Source: Candidatus Poribacteria bacterium
GTDB lineage: Bacteria > Poribacteria > WGA-4E > WGA-3G
Assembly (NCBI GenBank): GCA_963663765.2
Contig: CAXXUA010000006.1
Coordinates: 448,001-512,000 of the forward strand
DNA length: 64,000 nucleotides
Reading direction: 5' to 3'
Shown here: positions 19,201 to 30,924 of the stretch, piece after piece
Layout of the letters: each line of letters starts with the position of its first letter
Position numbering within the stretch: the stretch's first letter is position 1
Made by a program: the position numbers and the translations under genes
The notes under the pieces: model-generated
Databases searched by the model: none
What the model saw: only the letters and a program-made list of their open reading frames with translations
What the model was told of the DNA's origin: nothing

Positions 19201-21914
19201 GTTCTGTTGAAGAAGAGGTTGAGCCCGATACCAACATAGGTACTCCAATCGCTGCAACAGATGAGGATGGTGATACACTTACCTATTACATGACGGGTGA
19301 TGATGCCGATGCGTTCAGTATTGATGAGGAAATAGGACAGTTGAAAACAAAGGAGTCATTGGATTACGAGACGAAAAAGAGTTACGCTTTTTCTGTGTGG
19401 GTTACAGATGCAGACAATACAGAGGTGATTATTGTGACAGTGAAGGTTACGGATGTAGATGAGAACCGCGCACCTGTGTTTACAGATGGTGAGAGTATCA
19501 CCCGATCCATCATAGAAAACTCGCCTCCGGATACCAATATAGGTAATCCAATTTCTGCAACTGATATCAATGGAGATACGCTTACCTACACACTGAATGG
19601 TACAGACTCAGAATCCTTTACTATTGATAGTGCGACAGGCCAATTGAAAACAAAGAAAATACTGGATTTCGAGAGACAATCTTCTTATACGTTTACCATC
19701 ACTGTGAGCGATGGTAATGGGAAGACCGACTCTATCCGGGTCACGATCAACATTACGAATGACACAACGGATAATTCATACCCTACATTCACTGACGGTG
19801 ATAGTACATTGCGCTCCGTTCAAGAAAACTTATCTGTTGGTACAAATATCGGTGCAGCAGTCACCGCGACCGATGTAGATAGTCAGGATACTCTTATTTA
19901 CAGCATCAGTGGTACAAATGCAGCATTCTTTACTATTGATAGCAGCACAGGACAAATCAAAACTGCAAGACGTTTTGACTATGAGACGCAGGCATCCTAT
20001 TCTGTAACTGTTCATGTTAACGATGGCGTAGGTGGTAGCGATAGAATTAGCGTCACTATCAATGTTACAGATGAAGATCCCGAAGCAGAAAGATCAACAA
20101 CCTTTAACACGCCACCTGACTTCGGTATCGAGGACTTTAGAGGACGTTCTTTTAGAGGACGTTCTATAGATGAAAACAAATCAGCAGGTACAAATATTGG
20201 TATACCTGTTACTGCAACGGATGAGGAGAGCGATACACTTACTTATACGCTGAGTGGGGCAGATGCTGGAACATTTACAATTGTCAGCAGCACTGGACAA
20301 ATCAAAACAACTATCATCCATAACTTTGAAGTGAGGTCTGAATACAGAGTAGATGTCAACGTCTCAGATGGGAACGGTGGTACAGATTCCATTGAAGTAC
20401 GCATAAATGTAAATGATCTAATTGAAAATCCATTACTCCTCAATCGTAAAAGTGAAGTAATTGACTCGTTCCTGTACGCATTGAATAAGGCAGAGGCTAC
20501 TATTACGTCCGCGGATATCGCGGGTATTGCAGAAATAAACCTACACAGATCCGGTATCACAACGTTGAGCGCATCTGATTTGTCTGGACTCAACTCGATC
20601 ACCGAGCTCAGTCTTAGTGGTAATAACATAAGTAGCTTACCTGCGGATGTTTTCAATAATGTCACCACGTTGACAAACCTATTTATGGATGGCAGCCAAA
20701 TAACTTCATTGCCATCGGGTATCTTTGATAAACTCACCGCACTGGAATATCTCTATCTATCCTCTAATAAATTAACTTCATTGCCATCGGGTATCTTTGA
20801 TAAACTCACCGCACTGAGAAGGTTAGAAATTTCTAACACGTTCTCATCGTTACCTACCGGGGTCTTTGACAAACTGACGAGTCTGAGATACTTACAAATG
20901 AGTGCAGTTAGTAATAGTTTGTTCACTGCAACTATCTTTGATAAACTCACGAGTCTTTACCGTCTTAGTATGATCGGTGGCGACATAACTACTTTGCCAT
21001 CCGGGATCTTTGACAAACTTACATCCATGGTAGAATTGGAGATAATTCTTACCGATTTGAGCTCGTTACCAGAGGATATCTTTGACAAACTCACATCTTT
21101 GAGAAGACTACAACTTTATAGAAACAATTTAACTTCGTTGCCAGCCGGTATATTTGGAAACCTTACTGCGTTAGAAATTCTGGAACTTGATAATAACGAG
21201 TTGAGTTCTATACCAGATAATCTCTTTAAAGGGCTTACCCGACTGGAATTGGTTGATCTACGTAACAACACAGATAATCCGCTCCCGATACTTGTGATCC
21301 TTGAGAAGGTCGCAGATGGGCAGTTCAAAGTAAAAGTGCCTACCGGTGCCCCGATGAGTTTTTCCGTTGGGTTCAGCACCACGAATGGCAGTATTAGTGG
21401 TGGTACAACGAGTGTCACTATAGATGTTGGTAGTGTGGAAAGCAGCACGTTCACCGTCACCCGGACCGATGGCACAACTGGTGCTGTTACTGTAGATATT
21501 AGTAGTTTACCCAGTAAACCTTACAACGACTTTAATGATGGTTTCACTATCGTTAAAGAGGATAGTCTGCCGTTGACAGTAATTGGTGCTATCAGTAGTG
21601 CTCCATCACAACAGATACCTAATGAAACCTCACTCTTGGCGAACTATCCCAACCCGTTCAATCCTGATACGTGGATTCCTTACCGCCTTGCAAAACCTGC
21701 CGATGTGTCATTAACGATCTATGATGTGAGCGGTGTTGTTGTGCGAACGTTGAGGTTAGGACATAAACCTGCGGGTATCTATACGAGTAGGAGTCGTGCG
21801 ATCCATTGGGATGGTCGGAATGCGGGTGGTGAGAAAGTTGCGGGGGGTGTGTATTTTTATCAGTTCAAGGCAGGCGAATATTCTGCCCTGCGGAAAATGT
21901 TGATTGTGAAGTAG
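13260..21914 (+). CDS. Giant LRR/cadherin-repeat secreted protein B (2884 aa)
   Basis: RBS AAGGGG, signal peptide, 17 cadherin-like repeats, LRR block LTSLPSGIFDKLT and CTD. Confidence 0.92.
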   Translation: MNRQCILSLIITLLLMIGLTAYSDITPVSDRTPEVRDAIVDAISGVDAAVDVTETHLAAITSLNLRNAGIPELKTGDLSGLSGLTSLNLYGNELNTLPDGIFEGLTALTTLRLGGNTVDRMPISVSLERVSDGQLKAVAPTGAPFAIVVPISATNGSIADNASSLSIAKGSTESSPVIITRSENTTVAVIANIGTLPSLPTNHYGYVLSKSSALPLEVASALETPLITEVLPPTETEDTPSENVTPVFTDGSITIRSIAENTESDTNIGRPISATDTQTLTYTLGGIDRTSFSINSDTGQLLTKASLDYETKRVYIVVVTSSDGVLTDTITVVISVIDISETTFVSTAALAVSDRTPAVRDAIVDAVSGVDSADDITAMHLASITSLNLRGAGITSLKTGDFSGLTALSSLNLYGNMLSRLPHGIFDGLTSLLSLRLGDNLFDPMPLTVSLQQVGTGQFRAVILTGAPFDVTLTIGNMMVTISKGSLTSENFTATGIPTISALPVLPATHFGYIIANSDVCSRTLQVSDAIVAALSDITDCRNVSDVHLAQITRLDLSGVFITSLAADDFAGLLSLTTLDLSDNQLINLPKRFFDGFLSLTALNLSGNTFDPLSINVMLEKVGTNQVKVVVPSGAPFEMTLPINVVNGGILGGTNTITLMQGSMESQPLTIIRAPNTFDFVTADISTMPNLPTNHAGYVFTNSNDTPLQIFEQINVAPVFTDDTTATRSIAENTEAGTDIGTPISATDVNNDTLTYSLGGSDVTCFDIDSTTGQLKTKEALDYETKTSYSVVITVSDGSLTDTIDVTINITDVDEAPPKEDEVVVIPNDDEVVVLPDDYDEVVVEDTPPQNNAPMFTDGNSTTRSIAENTTSGANIGNSVSATDADRDTLTYTLDGTDASAFTINRTNGQLQTSAALDFEAKNSYSVTITVSDGKDGTDSISVTINITNVNEDIPNNDPVFTDGSNAIRSIAENTGSGVDIDTPVSATDADDGNTLSYSLGGTDAAAFSIDSTSGQLRTSAALDYETKNTYSITISVSDGNGGSDTISVTINITNVDETPTNSAPEFAEGVSTSRSVAENTGSGVDIGSAVSATDVDGDTLTYTLGGTDASSFSLDSSSGQLRTSASLDYETKTSYSVVLTVSDENGGSDSLRVTINITNIDEAPANNSPVFTSDSTTRTIAENTVVDTNIGAAITATDADDDTLTYGLTGTDAASFSIVSRTGQLKTKAVLNHEVKDSYSLIVTVSDGQGGSDSISITINVLDVNESPSFSGESTTRSIAENTTLNTNIGAAVIATDPDDGTTLTYTLGGTDAAVFSIDSKTGQLKTKGDLDFETKKTYSVTIAVSDGNLSDMITVTINVTDLDETPSNNPPVFTDGETTTRSVAENTATGTDIGNPIAVTDADQNTLAYAMSGDDASTFSINLNTGQLKTSAVLNYEVKKVYEVSVTVNDGSGTDSIVVTINVTDVNEAPVFEDDSVTHTIAENTAANTNIGSAITITDPDGDNLTYTLGGTDAASFNIGSTNGQLRTKDALDYETKRTYSVTVTASDGKLSDSITVTINVTDVDENNAPAFASASTTRSVAENTGSGVNIGNAVSASDPDNDDLTYTLGGTDAASFNIGSTNGQLRTKDALDYETKRTYSVTVTASDGKLSDSITVTINVTDVDENNAPAFASASTTRSVAENTGSGVNIGSVITATDPDNDDLTYTLGGTDAASFNIGSINGQLRTKDALDYETKRTYSVTVTASDGKLSDSITVTINVNDVDENRSPAFASASTTRSVAENTGSGVNIGNAVSATDPDNDDLTYTLGGTDAASFNIGSTNGQLRTKDALDYETKRTYSVTVTASDGKLSDSITVTINVTDVDENNAPAFASASTTRSVAENTATNTDIGHVVSATDEDDDTLTYTLGGTNASSFNIVSSSGQLKTKAALNYENKNSYSVTVSVSDGGGGTDSINVSINISDVNDPPKFTDGNSTSRSVEEEVEPDTNIGTPIAATDEDGDTLTYYMTGDDADAFSIDEEIGQLKTKESLDYETKKSYAFSVWVTDADNTEVIIVTVKVTDVDENRAPVFTDGESITRSIIENSPPDTNIGNPISATDINGDTLTYTLNGTDSESFTIDSATGQLKTKKILDFERQSSYTFTITVSDGNGKTDSIRVTINITNDTTDNSYPTFTDGDSTLRSVQENLSVGTNIGAAVTATDVDSQDTLIYSISGTNAAFFTIDSSTGQIKTARRFDYETQASYSVTVHVNDGVGGSDRISVTINVTDEDPEAERSTTFNTPPDFGIEDFRGRSFRGRSIDENKSAGTNIGIPVTATDEESDTLTYTLSGADAGTFTIVSSTGQIKTTIIHNFEVRSEYRVDVNVSDGNGGTDSIEVRINVNDLIENPLLLNRKSEVIDSFLYALNKAEATITSADIAGIAEINLHRSGITTLSASDLSGLNSITELSLSGNNISSLPADVFNNVTTLTNLFMDGSQITSLPSGIFDKLTALEYLYLSSNKLTSLPSGIFDKLTALRRLEISNTFSSLPTGVFDKLTSLRYLQMSAVSNSLFTATIFDKLTSLYRLSMIGGDITTLPSGIFDKLTSMVELEIILTDLSSLPEDIFDKLTSLRRLQLYRNNLTSLPAGIFGNLTALEILELDNNELSSIPDNLFKGLTRLELVDLRNNTDNPLPILVILEKVADGQFKVKVPTGAPMSFSVGFSTTNGSISGGTTSVTIDVGSVESSTFTVTRTDGTTGAVTVDISSLPSKPYNDFNDGFTIVKEDSLPLTVIGAISSAPSQQIPNETSLLANYPNPFNPDTWIPYRLAKPADVSLTIYDVSGVVVRTLRLGHKPAGIYTSRSRAIHWDGRNAGGEKVAGGVYFYQFKAGEYSALRKMLIVK
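17770..18920 (+). repeat. Near-identical 300-bp cadherin-coding tandem repeats (~4 units) in B
   Basis: CCTATTCTGTAACAGTCACCGCATCCGATGG at 17881, 18181, 18481 and 18781. Confidence 0.9.
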
Positions 21915-24900
21915 TGTGATACCCCACCAACTAATAAAATAAGGAGAAGTTTTGTGAAAACAAGTTCTATAAATCGTAAATGTGTCCAATTTATTGCTAT
22001 AGTGATTTTGTTAATGGTTGCAGTAGCATCTTATGGAGACATCACACCCGTATCAGACCGCACACCTGAAGTGCGTGACGCAATCGTGGCAGCAATATCA
22101 GATGTAGACAACGCAGCAGACGTAACCGAAGCACATCTCGCTACAATAATAGGTCTCAATCTCAGGAATAAAGGTATAACTGAACTAAAATCCGGTGACT
22201 TTTCGGGACTTACCAGCCTAACAAACCTAAATCTTTTCAATAACCGACTCAGTAGTCTACCCGATAACATCTTTAATGGACTGGCTGCCTTGACAACTCT
22301 CCGCTTAGGGAGCAACACCGTTGATCCGATGCCGATAACAGTATCCCTGGAGAAAGTCGGAACAGATCAGTTCAAAGCAGTTGCCCCCACAGGCGCGCCG
22401 TTTGCGGTTGTAGTGCCAATTTCGGCAACCAACGGCAGTATTGCAGATAGTGCGACATCCCTTACAATTGCTAAGGGTAGCACAGAAAGCAGTGCCATTA
22501 CGATAACACGCACCGCTAACTCAACCGAAGCCGTAACAGCAGACATCGGAACACTGCCCAGTTTGCCAATACATCATTACGGCTATGTGTTTAGTAAATC
22601 TGCTAATCTGCCACTGGAAGTTATATCGGGGTTAGAAACCCCTCCAACAACAGAGGTAACGCCTCCCGAAATAGAGGTACCGCCTCCCACAACGGAGCCA
22701 GAGGAAACACCATCTGCAAACGCTGCTCCAACCTTTACAGATGGCAGTTCAGTAGTCCGCACCATCGCAGAAAACACGGCAGCAAACTCGATTATCGGCA
22801 CCCCTGTTTCTGCGACAGATGCTGACAACGACACATTGACATACACACTCGGTGGTATAGACGCAGCATCATTTGCTATTGACAGTACGACAGGACAACT
22901 CAAGACAAAAGCAGCATTAGACTATGAAATGAGACGTGTTTATGTTGTGTCTGTCTCTGTCTCCGATGACGCACAAACAGCCACAATTTCAGTTATTATT
23001 AGCGTTATTGATATAGCAGATACTCCGCTCGTTTCAACGATGCTACCTGTGAGTGAACGCACAGAACAAGTGAAGAATGCAATTGTAGCAGCCGTGTCCG
23101 GTGTGGATTCTGCAGATGCTATAACCGCAACACATCTATCCACAATCACAAGTCTCAATCTACTCCGTGCAGGTATAACCGCACTCAAAACAGGCGATTT
23201 TGCGGGACTCACCGCCCTCACAAGTCTCAATCTTTACGGCAATATGCTCAACGGTTTGCCGGTGCGTATATTTGAAGAATTAACCGCGCTCACAAGTCTA
23301 CGATTAGGCGGCAATGTGCTTGATCCGATGCCTTTGATAGTGTCGGTGCAGCAGGTTAGTGCAGGACAATTCAGAGCAGTGGTACCGACAGGTGCCCCTT
23401 TTGATGTCAATCTACTTGTCAACGGCAGCACCATCACAATACCGAAGGGGAGCATAGCAAGTGCAGCCTTTACATCAGTATCCGCAAACGTGAGTATCGG
23501 TGAATTGCCGTCACTACCCCCGAATCATTTTGGATATGTCCTCGCTAAATCTTCCATTTGTAGCCGCACACAACAAGTGTCAGATGCGATCACCGCAGCA
23601 GTCCCGAACATAACCGATTGTCGGAATGTGAGCGATGTTCAGCTCGCTGCTATCACAAGTCTTGACCTCAGTGGTATGTCAATAGCATCACTGGATGCGC
23701 GCGACTTCGCAGGGATGTTGAGCCTCACAACGCTCAATTTGAGTAACAACCAGCTGACAAGTCTACCCGATGGTATTATTGCGGGATTGACAAATTTGGA
23801 AGCCCTCAACTTAAGTGGCAATACCGCATCACCTATTCGCTTTTCTGTTTCTCTACAGAAGGTCGGTAGCAATATGGTCAAAGCGTTTGTGCCGACAGGT
23901 GCACCTTTTGATATGCGTTTGCCTATCATAGTCGTGAACGGCAGTACGAGCGGTAGCAGTGAGCTAATTGTGCAAAAGGGTATGACAGAAAGCGAAGCAC
24001 TTCTCGTAACACGCGCAAGCAACACAGGTACAGTTACAGCCGATATTGGCACACTGCCGAACCTACCATCGTTGAACTCAGGGTATGCCCTCACCAAAAC
24101 TAACACACAACCGCTTGAGATCTTTAGTGAAATAAACGTTGCGCCTGTATTCACAGAAGGCACGGCAGCGAACCGCAGCATTGCAGAGAACACCGATGCT
24201 GGCACAAATATAGGTAATCCCGTTACAGCAACAGATGCAAACAATGATACACTCACCTATACCCTGGGGGGTACTGATGCAATTGGGTTTGATATTGATA
24301 GCACATCAGGACAACTCAAAACGAAGTCCATGTTGGACTATGTAACGAAGACATCTTACTCGGTAACTATCACTGTCACTGATGGCAGTTTGACCGATAC
24401 AATCGCAGCCACCATCACAGTTACAGATGTGGACGAGGCACCGCCGAAAGAGGATGAGGATGAGGTCGTTGTTATACCTGATGACGAGGATGATGAGGTC
24501 GTTGTTATACCCGATGACGAGGATGAGGTCATTGTTACACCCCCACAAAATAGCGCACCGACCTTCATAGATGGGAACAGCACAACCCGTTCCGTAGCAG
24601 AAAATACCGAAAGCGGTCAAAATATCGGCAGTCCGGTTTCCGCGACAGATGCAGATGAAGATACACTCACCTACACACTGAGCGGAACGGACGCCGTCGC
24701 GTTTAGCATTGATAGCGGTTCAGGGCAGCTGCAAACCAGTGCAGCAATTGACTATGAAACAAAAACCTTTTTTTCAGTTACTATTACTGTGTCTGATGGT
24801 AGTCTTTCAGATAGCATCAGCGTTACTATCAATGTCACCAATATTGACGAAACAACACCGAACAATGCGCCTGTCTTTAACGATGGAAATAGCACAACCC

Positions 24901-27589
24901 GATCAGTCGCAGAGAACACAGCAGCAAATACAAACATCGGTTCTGCAGTGTCTGCGACCGATGCAGATGAAGATACGTTAACCTACAGTCTTGATGGCAC
25001 CGATGCGAGTGTGTTTAGTATTGATAGCAGTTCAGGCCTATTAATAACCAATGCTGCACTTGATTATGAAACAAAAGATTCCTATTCTCTCACCATCACA
25101 GTCTCAGATGATAATGGCGGTACCGATTCTATTTCCGTCACGATCAATATTACCGATGTAAATGAAGACATTCCAAACAATGAACCTGTATTTACCGAGG
25201 GTGGTAGTGCCATCCGTTCTATTGCAGAGAATACAGGTTCTGGTGTGGATATCGGCACTCCAGTTTCCGCGACGGATGCAGATGGCGATACGCTTACCTA
25301 TTCTCTTGAAGCGGGGGATACATCTGCATTCAGCATAGATAGTTCCTCTGGTCAATTGCGAACCGATGCATCCTTAGATTATGAGACGAAGGACACCTAT
25401 TCCGTCACGGTCTCTGTTTCCGATGCTAATGGTGGCAGTGATTCTATATCGGTCACGATAAACATTACGAATGTAGACGAAACCCCCACAAACAACGCAC
25501 CTGAGTTCACTGAGGGCGATAGCACGAGTCGTTCTGTTGATGAAAACACAAGAACCGGTGTAGACATCGGTTCTGCAGTATCATCTACAGATGCAGATGA
25601 CGATACCCTCACTTACACACTCGGTGGCACAGATGCCGCCTCCTTTAGTATTAATAGTAGTTCCGGGCAATTGCGAACCAGTGCATCCTTAGACTATGAG
25701 ATAAAAACTTCCTATTCTGTGATCATGACGGTGTCTGATGAAAATGGGGGAAGTGATAGTATCAGCATACTTATCAATGTTATAGATGTAGATGAAACGC
25801 CTGTTAACAATCCACCAGTATTTGCTTCAGACAGTATTACACGTTCGGTTAATGAAAACAGTGAGACAGCCACAAATATCGGTAGTCTTATAACAGCAAC
25901 CGATGCGGATAACGATACGTTGACTTATGGACTGATAGGAACGGACGCTGCGTCGTTTGATATTGACAGTAACACGGGTCAGCTCAAAACGAAGGCATCC
26001 CTTAACCACGAAACAAAGGGTTCCTATTCAGTCATCGTTACCGTGTCTGATGGGAAAGGTGGGAGTGACAGCATAAGTGTCACCATCAACGTCACTGATC
26101 TGAATGAAGCACCTATGTTTGCTGCGGGTAGCACTACACGTGTCATCGCTGAAAACACAGCACCGAATACAAACATCGGGGCAGCTGTTGTCGCAACCGA
26201 TCCAGATGATGGCGCGACCCTTACATACACACTCGGTGGCACGAACGGCGCATCGTTTAGTATTGATAGCAAAACCGGACAGTTGAAAACGCAGGACGAG
26301 TTGGACTTTGAAACCAAAAACACTTATTCGGTGACGATTGCTGTCTCCGATGGAAGTCTTACGGATACTATTAGCGTAACGATTAACCTCACAAATCTTG
26401 ATGAAACACCTTCTAACAATCCACCCGTGTTCACGGATGGTGAAACCACAACACGTTCCGTTGCAGAAAACACAGCAACAGGCACAAACATCGGTAAACC
26501 TATTGCTGCGACCGATGCTGACCAAAACACACTCGCTTATGCGTTGAGTGGAGACGATGCGGCTGCGTTTAGTATTGACCTCAACACAGGGCAACTGAAA
26601 ACCAACACAGCACTGAATTATGAGGTGAAAAATGTCTATAAGGTGACTGTTACTGTCAATGACGGTGGCGACAGAGACACCATCACGTTGACTATCAACG
26701 TCACAGATGTCAACGAAGCACCTGCTTTTGCTGATGATAGCAAAACGTATACTGTTGCAGAAAACACCGTGGCGAATACGAACCTCGGCAGTCCCATCAC
26801 GGCAACCGACCCAGATGGTGATGACCTGACATACACGGTCGGTGGTGATGATGCGGTGTCATTTGATATTGATGAAAACACGGGACAACTCAAAACAAAG
26901 GCAGCGTTGGATTATGAGACGAAATCATCATACGCTGTAAATATAATCGCTACCGACGGCAATCTTGAAGATAGTATTTCAGTTACCATAAAGGTTACCG
27001 ATATTGACGAGAACCGTGCACCCGCGTTCACAGATGGCGATGAGACGGTGCGGTCTGTCGCCGAAAATACGGGGTCGGGTGTGAATATAGGCGATGCTGT
27101 CTCTGCTACGGATCCAGATGATGAGGATTTGACATATACGGTTGGTGGTACAGATGCTGCCTCGTTCAACATCAATAGCACAAATGGGCAGCTCCGCACA
27201 AAAGACGCGCTGGACTATGAAACCAAAAGATCGTATTCAGTAACAATCACTGTTTCCGATGGCAAGAAAACCGATTCTATTGCTGTCACGATTAATATCA
27301 CCAATGTAGACGAAAACCGCGCACCCGCATTCGCAAGTGCAAGCACAACGCGGTCTATCGCTGAAACTACGGGGTCGGGCGTGAATATAGGCGATGCTGT
27401 CTCTGCTACGGATCCAGATGATGACGCTTTGACATACACACTCGATGGCACAGATGCAAGTTCGTTCAACATCAATAGCACAAATGGGCAGCTCCGCACA
27501 AAAGATGCGTTAGACTTTGAAGACAAACCTTCTTATACCGTCACCATCACTGCATCTGATGGAAAACTAACAGATAGTATCACGGTGTC

Positions 27590-28750
27590 AATCAAAGTTA
27601 CGGATGTAGATGAGAACCGCGCACCTGCGTTTGCCAGTGCAAGCACGACCCGGTCTGTTCCAGAAAACACTGCTGCGAATACGAATATCGGTGATGCTGT
27701 CTCTGCGACTGACCCAGATGATGACGCTTTGACATATACGCTTGGTGGCACAGACGCTGCATCATTTGACATTGTAAGCACAAGTGGACAACTCAAAACA
27801 AAATCTGCGTTGGATTATGAGACAAATGCCTCTTATACAGTGACCATCTCTGTTTCCGATGGCAAAGAGAGCGACTCAATCAGCGTCACTATCAATATCA
27901 CCAATGTAGATGAGAACCGCGCACCTGTATTCACAGATGGTGATAGCACAACCCGGTCTATCGCAGAAAACACTGCTGCGAATACGAATATCGGTGATGC
28001 TGCCTCTGCGACTGACCCAGATGATGACAATTTGACATATACGCTTGGTGGCACGGACGCTGCATCATTTGACATTGGTAGCACAAGTGGACAACTCAAA
28101 ACAAAATCTGCGTTGGATTATGAGACAAATGCCTCTTATACCGTCACCATTACTGCTTCTGATGGAAATCTATCAGATAGTATCACGGTGACAATCAACG
28201 TTACGAATGTAGATGAGAACCGCGCACCTGTATTCACAGATGGCAACAGCACGACCCGGTCTATCGCAGAAAACACTGCTGCGAATACGAATATCGGTGA
28301 TGCTGTCTCTGCGACTGACCCAGATGATGACACCTTGACATATACGCTTGAGGGCACGGATGCTGCATCATTTGACATTGTAAGCACAAGTGGACAACTC
28401 AAAACAAAATCTGCGTTGGATTATGAGACAAATGCCTCTTATACCGTCACCATTACTGCTTCTGATGGAAATCTATCAGATAGTATCACGGTGACAATCA
28501 ACGTTACGAATGTAGATGAGAACCGCGCACCTGTATTCACAGATGGCAACAGCACGACCCGGTCTGTCGCAGAAAATACGGATGCTGGTACAAACATCGG
28601 CACGCCAGTAGCTGCTACGGATGCAGAAAATGACGATTTGACATACACACTCGGTGGCACAAATGCTGCATCATTTGACATTGTAAGCACAAGTGGACAA
28701 CTCAAAACAAAATCTGCGTTGGATTATGAGACAAATGCCTCTTATACGGT
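27590..28750 (+). repeat. Near-identical ~300-303-bp cadherin tandem repeats in C
   Basis: Four KSALDYETNASY units with almost identical DNA. Confidence 0.85.
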
Positions 28751-29609
28751 AACCGTTTCAGTATCCGATAGCAAGAGTGGTACAGATAGCATCACCGTCA
28801 CAATCAACATAACGGATGACACGACAGAGAATAACGCACCCGTGTTCACCGATGGCACCAGCGCGACGCGTTCCATCGCAGAAAATACGGACGCTGGCAC
28901 AAACATCGGCGCGCCAGTAGCTGCTACAGATGCAGATGACGATACCCTAACCTACAGTATCGGTGGCACGGATGCAGCAGCATTCTCACTGGCAAGCACC
29001 ACTGGGCAGCTGAAAACCGTCGCACCACTCGATTATGAAAATAAGGACTCTTATTCTGTTACAATCACCGTCACCGATGGCAGAGATGGTTATGATTCTA
29101 TTGGCGTCACGATCAATATCAGCAACATTCACCCTGAAATTTCTGAACAAGGTGCTGTGAACAATGCACCTATGTTTGACGATGGTGAAAGCACTACGCG
29201 GTCGGTTGAAGAGGGCACTGCTACCGGTACAAATATCGGGGATGCCATTTCCGCAACAGATGCAGATACTTCAGATACACTCACATACACACTCAGCGGC
29301 ACGGACGCAGCATCGTTCACCATTGTTAGCACAACCGGACAACTCCGCACAAGTGCAGCACTGGATTATGACACGAATAATTCGTATTCGGTGACGGTCA
29401 CCGTCTATGATGGTGAGGGTGGCACAGATACGATCTCTGTCACGATCAATGTTACCGAAATAGGTGCAAACAACGCGCCAGTGTTTACCGATGGCGAAAC
29501 AACTACACGGTCAGTTAATGAGGGGCAGAACAGAAAAACCGTAGTTGGTAGTCAAATTGCTGCAACTGATGCGGACGATGATACGCTCACCTATACAATC
29601 GTTATTGAA

Positions 29610-30924
29610 CAGGGTTATTTAGTTTTAGGAGTTTTGGTTGTTTTTTATCACAATCGTTAATATTTTTGGATATGCAGATATAGCGTGATTTATCGTGCTA
29701 TATCTGCTATACTTCACCTAAAAAATCTTACCTTTGAGGTGAAAAATGCCAGAGAAAAACTCTCGACACTTGTTAGATAGATTAGCAGAAATCCAAGACC
29801 CGCGCAACAATAAAGGAAAACGACACCCATTGAAATCAATCATCGGACTTAACATTATTGGTTTTATGACTGGACATAAAGGATATACATCCATCGCAAC
29901 TTGGGCCCGAACCCAACCAGACCTCGCAAGAACACTCGGTTTTACACACAAGAAAACACCTTGTCCCGCAACAATACATAATGTTCTAAAAGATTTAGAT
30001 GCTGATGCTGTTGAAAAGACATTTACAGACTGGGTAGAAGACGTTTGTCAAAGTCGACCTGATTTAGAAGGTTGTCTTGACGCAGTCGCTATAGACGGTA
30101 AAACGATGCGTGCCAGTAAGAAAAGTGGTGCGACAATAAGCCATTTACTCTCTGTTGTGTCTCATGAGTTAGGCGTCACACTTACACAAAAAGGTGTCAG
30201 TGATAAAACCAACGAAATACCGATCTCAACAGAGATCCTCAAAAACTTTGATGTGAGTGGTAAAGTCATCACAACAGACGCACTTTTGACACAGCGACCA
30301 TTCTGCCACGCCATCATAGAGGGTAATGGAGACTATGTGCTCCCTGTCAAAAAGAACCAACCGGACCTTTACGATGAGATCCAAAAACTCTTTCAAGACG
30401 TTCCAGACACGCTTTCTGATAACACACCACATCCTAAATTGGGAGCCCCTATTTACACTCACGAGACTTCTGAAAAATCACATGGTAGAATAGAGACAAG
30501 GTGTTTGAAAGCAAGCACAAGTCTCAACGCATATCTGGATTGGCCAGGTATAGCACAAGTGTTCCAATATCGTTATACTTACAAAAATACGAAAACAGGA
30601 GAAGAAAAAACCAAAATCCATTATGGTATTACAAGTCTGACACCCGAAGAAACTTCTGCCCAACGTTTACTTGAGCTACGCCGTGGGCATTGGTCAATAG
30701 AGAACAAGTCGCATTGGATGCGTGATACACAACTTGGAGAAGACGCATCGTCTGTCCGATGCGGTGCTATTCCACAAATCATGGCTGCTTTGCGAAATAC
30801 AGCATTAGCAGTGTTGCGATTTGCTGGGATAACGCGTATAGCAGATGAGATAAAATACTTAGCTTCAAAACCTAAACTCGCAGTTAACTTGATAACTGAG
30901 AGTTTTTAAAACTAAATAACCCTG
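29610..30924 (+). mobile_element. ISAs1-family insertion sequence, 1315 bp, intact
   Basis: Perfect 18-bp terminal inverted repeats CAGGGTTATTTAGTTTTA; 9-bp target duplication GTTATTGAA (29601-29609 and 30925-30933). Confidence 0.95.
29746..30909 (+). CDS. ISAs1-family transposase
   Basis: Motifs DPR..GKRH, AIDGKT, K.NEIP, TTDAL, YVLPVKKNQ, EKSHGRIETR, HWSIENKSHW.RD...GED. Confidence 0.95.
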   Translation: MPEKNSRHLLDRLAEIQDPRNNKGKRHPLKSIIGLNIIGFMTGHKGYTSIATWARTQPDLARTLGFTHKKTPCPATIHNVLKDLDADAVEKTFTDWVEDVCQSRPDLEGCLDAVAIDGKTMRASKKSGATISHLLSVVSHELGVTLTQKGVSDKTNEIPISTEILKNFDVSGKVITTDALLTQRPFCHAIIEGNGDYVLPVKKNQPDLYDEIQKLFQDVPDTLSDNTPHPKLGAPIYTHETSEKSHGRIETRCLKASTSLNAYLDWPGIAQVFQYRYTYKNTKTGEEKTKIHYGITSLTPEETSAQRLLELRRGHWSIENKSHWMRDTQLGEDASSVRCGAIPQIMAALRNTALAVLRFAGITRIADEIKYLASKPKLAVNLITESF